Shown here one piece after another: positions 56,930 to 64,000 of a stretch of DNA of 64,000 nucleotides. The stretch spans positions 8,320,001 to 8,384,000 of the forward strand of contig JASGJH010000001.1 of the NCBI GenBank assembly GCA_047601445.1. The letters run 5' to 3'. The notes under the pieces were generated by a model. The model saw only the letters and a list, made by a program, of their open reading frames with translations, ran no database searches and was not told the DNA's origin. The translations under genes and the position numbers were made by a program. How positions within the stretch are numbered: position 1 is the first letter of the stretch; every line of letters begins with the position of its first letter. This DNA comes from Myxococcales bacterium. GTDB taxonomy: Bacteria > Myxococcota_A > Polyangia > Polyangiales > DASUME01.

Positions 56930-58096
56930 TCAGGGCCCGTCCTCCTCCTCCTCTCCAGTCAGCACGTTGTAGGCCTTCGAGTCGAAGTCACTGACGCTGT
57001 ATGCCGCCGTCCAATACTCCGGGTCGGCCTCGACGCCCTCGGCGACAGGGAAGGTCAGCTGTGCGATCTGCACGTGGGCCAGGCGGTAGGGCCCGGCGCG
57101 GGCGGCGTCGTGCAGGAGCTTCCCGTAATAGTCGAACTCGAGCCAGTGCGTACCGCGGGTCAGCGTATAGGTACGCTCGCTGACGCCCACCGGAAAGCCG
57201 TCGTCGGTGTAGAGAGACGCCATCAGTTGGTAGTCGCCGTCCGTGTCCACGTTGACCTCGGCCGAGAGCACCAGCGCTCCTGCGACGACAGTGTCGCGAT
57301 ACTGTCCGGTGAGGCGCGCGTAGGAGGGTTGCAGCATGAAGGCCGCGCTTTGGCTGACCTCTGCGTCCAGACCTACGCGCACCAGGTACAGCCCCGGTTG
57401 GCGCACGGGTCCATCGGCCGCGAGCTCGAGCACCCCTTCGTAGTGACCCGCTGCGTTCGTGGTGAGTTTGAACTCGCTGAGATCCGAGCCGTTCTCCCCG
57501 CGCAGGACGGCGGAGAGCGTGGTGGGCAAAGGCTGCTGTGCGCGCCCGCCGGTGGCATCCAGCAAGGCGGTTACCCGCAGCGTCGACCCGGGCTCATATT
57601 GCTTGCGGTCGGTGAACACGGTCAGGCGCAGGTTGCCGTCGGCGCTCGTGGCGCTGCGTCGCTCCACCTCGCGGGCCCGCAGCACCGGATCGTGGCGCTC
57701 CAACAGAAAGCGCTGGTTGTGTGCGGGATAGCGACTCTGCTCCTCGATGGCGCGCATGATCGAGGTCTCCATGTCCGTGCGATTGGACTTGCTGGCGAGC
57801 TCGCGGTAGGTCGCGCGATCGCGCGCCAGGCGCTCCTGTTCGCTCCGGGTGCGCGCCGTGGGGGTGGTGAGTTTGGCCAGCTCTGCCATCAGCGCTTCCG
57901 GACTCTCCGCGGCTGCCGCCCGCAGCGGATCGCTCGGCTCGAGGCGTACTTGTGCCGCGCTCTGTCGGGCCTCGCTGGCAGGTGCGCCACAGTCCATATC
58001 GACCGCGCTGGCGGGGCGCCAGGCGCGTTGGACCATCCAACTGGCGAGGAGAACGAGCAGGACGCAGGTGGCGTCCGACCAAACTCGACGGCTCAT
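56930..58096 (-). CDS. Exported Ig-like accessory protein (DUF4785-like)
   Basis: N-terminal TM; G.Y.L.A.L...G...L.F.YYGKLLHD...GPYRL C-terminus; 7 nt downstream of the lipase. Confidence 0.65.
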   Translation of the reverse strand: MSRRVWSDATCVLLVLLASWMVQRAWRPASAVDMDCGAPASEARQSAAQVRLEPSDPLRAAAAESPEALMAELAKLTTPTARTRSEQERLARDRATYRELASKSNRTDMETSIMRAIEEQSRYPAHNQRFLLERHDPVLRAREVERRSATSADGNLRLTVFTDRKQYEPGSTLRVTALLDATGGRAQQPLPTTLSAVLRGENGSDLSEFKLTTNAAGHYEGVLELAADGPVRQPGLYLVRVGLDAEVSQSAAFMLQPSYARLTGQYRDTVVAGALVLSAEVNVDTDGDYQLMASLYTDDGFPVGVSERTYTLTRGTHWLEFDYYGKLLHDAARAGPYRLAHVQIAQLTFPVAEGVEADPEYWTAAYSVSDFDSKAYNVLTGEEEEDGP

Positions 58097-58103
58097 CGGG
58101 ACC

Positions 58104-59237
58104 TCAGAGGCTGCCGCTCGCCACGCACTTGGGGATGGCGCGGCTCATGTCCAGGTTAGTACCGCAGTTGAGTGCGTCGGCGGCGCCCGTGTCCTGAGCG
58201 ACGGTTCCAGTCTTCACGCCGCGTTCCGACTCGTGGTCCTGATCGAAGGTGCCCACGTTGAAGGTATTGCTGTGCCGCTTGTTGAGGTTGTTGCAGCTGA
58301 AGGTGACCGCCACGCCGAAGGCGTATTCGCGCAGGTCGGACTCGAGGTCGCGCGTGGGTGAACCCGCGCAATTCATCTGGGACGCGAGGTTGACGGTGCC
58401 GTCATCTTCGCCGCCGAGCAGCGCCGAGGAGGCCGTGAGCGGCATGGCGAAGCTGGCCGTGCCACCGAAGTGATAGGTGGGCTTCAGCATCTTGCTGCCG
58501 CTGTTGGCGCTCGGGTTGTACTGGGCGAGCGTCTGCAGCGACGGCGTGCAACCTGCGCCCACCACCTGCTCGGCCAGCGCCTTGCTCGCTCCGTTGGTGC
58601 ACACGATGTCCATGCCCTGGGTGCCGTTGATCGCGCCGCCGATGGTGATCAGCGCCGTGATCTTGCTCATCGCCGTGTCGAGTGGCAGGGCGGTCGTGGC
58701 AGCTCCCGCCAGCGTGCTCGCGGTGATGGTTGCGCCGTCGGCGGTGACGAGACCCTTGTTGTAGAAGCGCGCGCCCGGGTAGGCGTTGGCATTGATGTAC
58801 GTCATCACCTGGGCACCCTGACTGTGGGCGACCACGTAGAAGCGGTCCGAGGCGCTGCACTGGCCGGCATGGCTGTAGTAGTCGCCCTGGCCGGAGGTGA
58901 TGCTGATCAGCTGCGCCACCACGCTGGCGACGACGTCGGCCTGCCAGTAGGCCTTGTGCGGGCCGTCGTAGGCGTTCCAGCGGATCACGCCGTGGTTGGC
59001 GAGCCCGTTTTGCGTGACGCTCTGAATGAAGTCGCCGTTGGTGGTGCGCCAGTAGTTGTAGCCGTAAGCCACGCTGTTCGGCGCATTGGGGTCGACTCCG
59101 ATGGGATCCTGCGTCGTGTCGGCCGCGCGGGTGTGGCCGTGAACGAGGATGAAGCAATCCTTGGCGGCGGCGGACTGCGGGAGAGCACTGGCGGCGGCGC
59201 AGAGGCCGAGCGCGAGCAGACTGGTCTTGAAGAGCAT
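58104..59237 (-). CDS. Secreted alpha/beta hydrolase (lipase-like)
   Basis: Signal peptide; ILVHG oxyanion motif, AHSQG nucleophile elbow, DDG.V, DH. Confidence 0.85.
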   Translation of the reverse strand: MLFKTSLLALGLCAAASALPQSAAAKDCFILVHGHTRAADTTQDPIGVDPNAPNSVAYGYNYWRTTNGDFIQSVTQNGLANHGVIRWNAYDGPHKAYWQADVVASVVAQLISITSGQGDYYSHAGQCSASDRFYVVAHSQGAQVMTYINANAYPGARFYNKGLVTADGATITASTLAGAATTALPLDTAMSKITALITIGGAINGTQGMDIVCTNGASKALAEQVVGAGCTPSLQTLAQYNPSANSGSKMLKPTYHFGGTASFAMPLTASSALLGGEDDGTVNLASQMNCAGSPTRDLESDLREYAFGVAVTFSCNNLNKRHSNTFNVGTFDQDHESERGVKTGTVAQDTGAADALNCGTNLDMSRAIPKCVASGSL

Positions 59238-59278
59238 GTGGCTGAAACCTCGCTGTGATGCGGTTTGCAGCCCCTACA

Positions 59279-59294
59279 GCAGCGACCGTGCCAA
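59279..59294 (-). promoter_or_regulatory. Sigma54 promoter of the lipase operon
   Basis: TTGGCACGGTCGCTGC, near consensus. Confidence 0.75.
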
Positions 59295-59380
59295 TCGGCA
59301 CAGGTACGCGCAAAACGTAGCAAAACGCGCGCGATCTCGCCGGGTCCGGGCACCATCAGGGCGGCTCGCTACGGACCTGG

Positions 59381-59430
59381 GTTGTCAAAGCGATAAGGCG
59401 CGCTTCCCCGGGGCCTATCGAAAGCGCAAC
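59381..59430. promoter_or_regulatory. Candidate enhancer (inverted pair)
   Basis: GTTG-N6-CGATA (59381-95) and TATCG-N6-CAAC (59416-30). Confidence 0.4.
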
Positions 59431-59442
59431 ACTCGGACGACC

Positions 59443-60948
59443 CTAGCGGGAGCCGAGTTGCTTCATCAGGCGTGACAGATTGGACGGGTGGAGCCCGAGG
59501 GTCCGCGCGGCCTGGGCTTGGTTGCCTTCCGCCTGGGCCAGCGCCTCGGCGATGGCGCGCCGCTTGGTCGCAGCGACCTGGTCCGCCAGCGTGCCAGGCC
59601 CCGACGTCTCGGAGTGCTCCGCATGCTCCGCTTCGCCGACGCTGTCCCGCAGCTCTTCGGGCAGATCTTGCGGCGTGATCTCGTTCCCCTCGCACAACAC
59701 CACGGCCCGTTCGATGACGTTGGCCAGTTCCCGCACGTTGCCGGGCCAGGCGTAGCCGCGCAGATGGGCGAGGGCCGCGCGACCGAGCGAGAGGCCGGGC
59801 CGCTTCTGCTCCCGACAGGCACGCTGCAGCAGGTGCTGCGCCAGCTCGTCGATATCGGTCCTTCGCTCCCGCAGCGGCGGCAGTGTGACGCTGATCACGT
59901 TCAGCCGGTAGAACAGGTCCTTGCGAAAGCGACCCTCCTGAATGGCCTGTTTCAGATCGCGGTTGGTGGCCGCCAGGAGGCGCACGTCGGGGCGCAGCGT
60001 CTCGTTGCCTCCCACACGCTGGATCTCCCCATCTTGCAGGACACGGAGCAGCTTGGTCTGCACCTCCAGCGGCAGCTCGCCGACCTCGTCCAGAAACAGC
60101 GTACCGCCGTCGGCGAACTCGAACTTGCCCCGCTTGCGCGCGATGGCGCCCGTGAAGGCGCCCCGCTCGTGGCCAAACAGCTCGCTCTCCAGCAGCGTGG
60201 GGCTCAGGGCCACGCAATTGATCACCACGAAGGGCTTGTCGGAGCGATCGCTCCAAGCGTGCACGGCCCGCGCGGCGAGCTCCTTGCCCACGCCGCTCTC
60301 GCCCAACAGCAGCACCGTGGACTTGCTCTTCGCAGCGCGCTCCAGGGTGCGCAGCTGGCGCGCCATCTCCTCATGCTGACCGGCCACCAGCTGATAGCGC
60401 CGCTCGGTCTCGTCGCGTAAGAGCAGCGCCCCATCGCGGGCGGCTTGCTCGACGCGAGTTCGGAGCACGGTGGCGCCCACCATCCCGGCGAGCACTTCGA
60501 GCCACTGCGTGTGCTCGCTGGCAAAGCCGCTCGGTAGACCGGTGTTCAGTACTTGCAACGTGCCGAGGCGCTCGCCACCACGCGCGATGGGACAGCAGAT
60601 CATCGAGCGCGTGCGGTGCCCGCTGGTCTCGTCGACCTTCGAGAAGAAGCTGGTCTCTGCGGCGACGTCGTTGGAACAGAAGCTGATGCCCGTGCGAAAC
60701 ACCTGGCCCGCGATGCCCTGGTCCGCCGGGATGCGGAAGGGAGCGACCGAGGCCGGACCTTGGCTCAGGAAAAACACCAACTCGTCTCGCGCCCGGTCGT
60801 AGAGGGACAGGCTGCAGGCCTCCGCCGCGAACAGCTGGAGCGCAGAGTCCGCTACGGCGGAAAGGACCTGCTCCGCGTCGGTGAGATTCATCAGCGCATG
60901 CGAGGCCTGCACCAGCGGCACGAGGCCCGAGTTCGACGAGGAGGTCAC
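59443..60948 (-). CDS. GAF-domain sigma54 enhancer-binding protein; start uncertain
   Basis: GAF ([19 protein letters not shown]), [25 protein letters not shown]. Confidence 0.93.
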   Translation of the reverse strand: MTSSSNSGLVPLVQASHALMNLTDAEQVLSAVADSALQLFAAEACSLSLYDRARDELVFFLSQGPASVAPFRIPADQGIAGQVFRTGISFCSNDVAAETSFFSKVDETSGHRTRSMICCPIARGGERLGTLQVLNTGLPSGFASEHTQWLEVLAGMVGATVLRTRVEQAARDGALLLRDETERRYQLVAGQHEEMARQLRTLERAAKSKSTVLLLGESGVGKELAARAVHAWSDRSDKPFVVINCVALSPTLLESELFGHERGAFTGAIARKRGKFEFADGGTLFLDEVGELPLEVQTKLLRVLQDGEIQRVGGNETLRPDVRLLAATNRDLKQAIQEGRFRKDLFYRLNVISVTLPPLRERRTDIDELAQHLLQRACREQKRPGLSLGRAALAHLRGYAWPGNVRELANVIERAVVLCEGNEITPQDLPEELRDSVGEAEHAEHSETSGPGTLADQVAATKRRAIAEALAQAEGNQAQAARTLGLHPSNLSRLMKQLGSR

Positions 60949-61069
60949 GCGAGTTCCTAGTCCCGAAGGCCGCGCGCCGCCACGCGTGGGGCGGAGATTG
61001 TGGGCGAACTTACGGGTCGCGCCGTGGATTGCGTTCCTCCCGCCGCTGATTCGGCTATCCCTGGGACAG

Positions 61070-63061
61070 ATGGCTTCCCGTTGGCCAATCCTGGCGTTGC
61101 TCTGGCTCTTCGCCTGTAGTGCCTGTGATCCGTCCCCTGGCGTACCGCGCGCTCGCGCCGGCGTGCTCGACCTGCGCGCCTGGGACTTCGCGCAGCGCGG
61201 GCCGGTGGCGCTGCAGGGGCAGTATCGGGTGGCTTGGAACGCTCTCCTGACGCCGGGCCCACCCAGCGCCGACGGCTCACGATCCCCGCGCGAACAGCAG
61301 TTCGATGCCCTGGCGCAGCGGCTCTTGCCCGTGCCAGGCCAGTGGCTGAACCTGCCGGGACTGCCAAGCGGCCGCCCGGGGCACGGCGCGGCCACCTACC
61401 AACTCAAGGTGCTGCTCGGACGCGCTTCGCGGGGACTTGCGCTGCAGCTGCCGTTTCCCACGGTGGCTCTGCGGACCTGGGTCAATGGCGTGCTGATCGC
61501 TGAGCGCGGACGTCCCGCTCTCTCGCGCGAGCAGGAGCAACCGGCGCTCGGGCACGATGTGGCCGGCGTGCCGGACGGGGTACGTGAGCTTACCCTGGTA
61601 TTTCAGGCGTCGAATCACTCGACCCGCACGGGTGGCTTCGCGGCGGCGCCCCGGCTCGGGCCGCGCGAAGCCGTGCTTTCGCGCCTGCTGCGGGAGTTCG
61701 TGGGGACCGCGCTGATCTTCGGCATCCTGCTGATCATCGGCTCCTATCACCTGGGGCTGTCGCTGGTGGCACCCAACCACGAGGCCCAGCGTCTGTTGGC
61801 CTACAACGCCTTCGCGGTGGCGACCCATCAAGCACTCGCCAGCGGCGCCACGCTTGCCACGCTCTCGCCCAGCACGCTCCCGCCCCTGTGGTTGCTGCGT
61901 GTGGAGTACCTGGCCCTGTACCTGAGCATGCCGCTCGGTGTGGCGCTGACGCGGCGCCTGTTTCCCGCGGAGATGCGCGCGCCCTGGTTTCGTTGGTTCG
62001 AGTACCTCGGCGCCGGCTTTTGCTTGCTCGTGCTCGTCTTGCCCGTCGAGCTGTTCACGCGCACCCTCAACCCCTTCGGAAGTTCCGCCATGCTCGCGCA
62101 AGCGACCGTGCTGGTCGCGGTGTGGCGGGCGCTGCGAGAGGGGCGCCCGCAAGCCGGGTTCTTGCTGTTCGCGGGGCTGATTCACGCGCTAGCCAACACC
62201 CACGACTTCATGGTCGCGCACGGCTTCTTTCCGCGCTGGTTGGGAGACCCGCGTGGACCTTCGCTGTTGCTCTTGTTTGGCGCGCAGGCCTACTCGTTGG
62301 CCAAACGCTTTGCCGACGCCAGCCGCCGCGAGCTCGAGCTCATGCGCGATGTGCAAGCCAAGAACCAGGCCCTCGAGCGCACCAACCGCTCCATCGAGCG
62401 CTTCGTGCCGAGCGAGATCCTGGCGCTCCTGAAGCGTGGATCCGTCTCTGACGTGCAACGCGGCGATCAGGTTGAGCTCACCATGGAGGTTCTGTTCTGC
62501 GACATCCGCGGCTTTACGTCGTTGGTCGAAGCCACGCCGCCGGGACAGGCATTTCATTTCATCAACGATTACCTGCAAGCCATGGAGCCCGCCGTGCATG
62601 CGGAAGGCGGCTTCATCAATCAATACCTGGGCGATTGCATCATGGCGCTGTACCCCACCGGTGCGGACGCTGCCCTGCGCAGCGCGTTGGCCATGCTCGA
62701 GCAGCTCGCCGAGTTCAACCGCAAGCGCCCACCCGGACAGGCGCCCTTGCGCGTCGGCATCGGCATCAGCTCGGGTCCCGTGATTCTGGGCGCCATCGGC
62801 GGTTCCCGCCGTCTCGACAGCGGGGTGGTGGGGGACGCCGTCAACCTCGCGGCGCGCGTGGAGAGTCTGACCTCGGTCTACGGTGTGCCACTGCTGTTGA
62901 GCGAGCACACCGTCGCGCGCCTCCAAGACCCCGGAATGTTCGACCTGCGCGAGATCGATCGGGTCGTGCCCAAGGGCAAGAAGCAGTCGGTGCGCATCTT
63001 CGAGGTGGTGCGAGGGACTGCGGAGGAGCGCGCGCCTCTGCAAGCGCAGTCCGTTCCCTGA
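61070..63061 (+). CDS. Membrane class III nucleotide cyclase with 7TM-DISM-like sensor
   Basis: Signal/lipobox-like start, G.ATY.L sugar-binding-like domain, ~7 [27 protein letters not shown]. Confidence 0.9.
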   Translation: MASRWPILALLWLFACSACDPSPGVPRARAGVLDLRAWDFAQRGPVALQGQYRVAWNALLTPGPPSADGSRSPREQQFDALAQRLLPVPGQWLNLPGLPSGRPGHGAATYQLKVLLGRASRGLALQLPFPTVALRTWVNGVLIAERGRPALSREQEQPALGHDVAGVPDGVRELTLVFQASNHSTRTGGFAAAPRLGPREAVLSRLLREFVGTALIFGILLIIGSYHLGLSLVAPNHEAQRLLAYNAFAVATHQALASGATLATLSPSTLPPLWLLRVEYLALYLSMPLGVALTRRLFPAEMRAPWFRWFEYLGAGFCLLVLVLPVELFTRTLNPFGSSAMLAQATVLVAVWRALREGRPQAGFLLFAGLIHALANTHDFMVAHGFFPRWLGDPRGPSLLLLFGAQAYSLAKRFADASRRELELMRDVQAKNQALERTNRSIERFVPSEILALLKRGSVSDVQRGDQVELTMEVLFCDIRGFTSLVEATPPGQAFHFINDYLQAMEPAVHAEGGFINQYLGDCIMALYPTGADAALRSALAMLEQLAEFNRKRPPGQAPLRVGIGISSGPVILGAIGGSRRLDSGVVGDAVNLAARVESLTSVYGVPLLLSEHTVARLQDPGMFDLREIDRVVPKGKKQSVRIFEVVRGTAEERAPLQAQSVP

Positions 63062-63083
63062 GCGGCTCCGTGTCCTATGCCGA

Positions 63084-64000
63084 CTACGGACCGCGCGGCA
63101 ACACCAGGTCCGGTGCGTAGTTGCCCGCGCCGTAGGCCGCGCAGAAAGCGTCGGGCCGATCCTTGTAAACGGGATCCAGCGCGATCACCGCGGGCCGCAC
63201 CTTTTCCCATAGATTGAACGGTCCGTATTCCACGTTGTAGTTCTTGGCGACGATCACCAGGTCGAGTCCCGGGTGCATCACGATGAACTGGCCCCCTGCG
63301 CCCTGGGCGCTGTAGACGCCCACGTCGTACTGCTGCACGCAGGAAGTGCCTGCGAGAGCCGCGCGGCAGTCGCGCGCCGGAGACACCCCGTGCGGATAGG
63401 ATTGCCAGAAGGCTGCCGGGGCGCAGGGGTCACCGTTCTTCCACTTCTTGGCTTCGGCGTCGGAGGGGGGATTGAAGACGTTGCCGCCAGCACCCTGGGC
63501 GTTGCCGCGGTGGTTGAGCCACATCAAGTGACCGTAGGACGTGTTGGCGTACTCGAAAGCAGGGTGGGACATCCGGTACACCCACTCCTTCGCCACCAGG
63601 CGCTCGCCATTGTACCAGCCATCATGGAGCAGAAGCATGCCGAGCCTGCCCATGTCGGACATGTTGCCGAACCAGCCGCCCGCGATGCCGAAGGGAGCAG
63701 GTAGCCAGCTGGAGTTCGTCATGCCCAGCTTGTTGAAGAGCTCTCGCTGCACGAAGTCCGAGGCATCCGTGCCCAGAGTAGGAATCTGACCGATGGCCTT
63801 CTTGGTCACGTCGATCAATGTGTTGATTTGCACGTTGCCGAAGGTGTCGTACTCGAAGTCGCTGCCCGGGATGAGGTTGTCTGCAGACATCGACATCACA
63901 TGGGTGAGCCGAGCGAACGGGCTGTAGTTCACCGAGCCGAGCCAGTCGGTGGCCTTGTCCTCGGGCAGGATGGTTCCAGTGCCCGACCCACTGCGCTGGA
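63084..64000 (-). CDS. Serine hydrolase, beta-lactamase (AmpC-like) family; 5' end outside the window
   Basis: Frame open to the edge; FEYDT, LFNKLGM, DMGRLG.L.L.DG.YNGERLV, YGHLMW, AQGAGGQ. Confidence 0.8.
   Translation of the reverse strand, partial: QRSGSGTGTILPEDKATDWLGSVNYSPFARLTHVMSMSADNLIPGSDFEYDTFGNVQINTLIDVTKKAIGQIPTLGTDASDFVQRELFNKLGMTNSSWLPAPFGIAGGWFGNMSDMGRLGMLLLHDGWYNGERLVAKEWVYRMSHPAFEYANTSYGHLMWLNHRGNAQGAGGNVFNPPSDAEAKKWKNGDPCAPAAFWQSYPHGVSPARDCRAALAGTSCVQQYDVGVYSAQGAGGQFIVMHPGLDLVIVAKNYNVEYGPFNLWEKVRPAVIALDPVYKDRPDAFCAAYGAGNYAPDLVLPRGP

Noticed and set aside
61070..63061. Cyclase as a Pycsar/CBASS defence enzyme
   Set aside because: Sensor-type membrane architecture; no adjacent cNMP-binding TM or TIR effector
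1..64000. tRNA, rRNA, integrase or transposase genes
   Set aside because: None recognised by eye; tRNAscan, Infernal and ISEScan runs would be needed to exclude them formally

Overview
High-GC DNA (roughly 65-70% by eye) that looks myxobacterial; this is inferred from the Pkn kinases, PEGA, FecR-ECF and Cys-rich lipoprotein content. From left to right: (1) an arsenic island, arsC'-arsC-acr3-arsR divergent from arsM plus a Cys-rich SigZ-type ECF sigma. (2) An ~11 kb putative low-oxygen module. It has a globin-coupled kinase, a receiver, a hybrid kinase and an NtrC-type activator (NmpRSTU-like), surrounded by USP, CBS, CoA-transferase, hemerythrin-like and small membrane genes. I can read eight sigma54 GG-N10-GC promoter candidates and three pairs of GCGCA-N5-TGCGC boxes there. 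(3) An ECF/FecR/TolB locus. (4) Roadblock, sirtuin, beta-barrel, LysR/MBL and JmjC genes. (5) A PEGA/lipoprotein/Cys-rich/Ser-Thr kinase locus. (6) A Zn-site-less SodC-like lipoprotein. (7) A ~2000-aa STK-AAA-GAF-PAS-HPt-CheA-type fusion with a receiver. (8) Phosphoesterase / diheme peroxidase / phosphatase genes. (9) An exosortase H-like system with a 1369-aa target. (10) A lipase / accessory / GAF-EBP / membrane cyclase module. A dispersed REP/MITE-like repeat family occurs at three sites, abutting TGA stop codons; one copy encloses what looks like a remnant four-helix-bundle gene. Five single-base indels break otherwise intact genes and are probably sequencing errors. I found no tRNA, rRNA, CRISPR array or transposase. 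All family calls rest on motif recognition by eye, not database searches.
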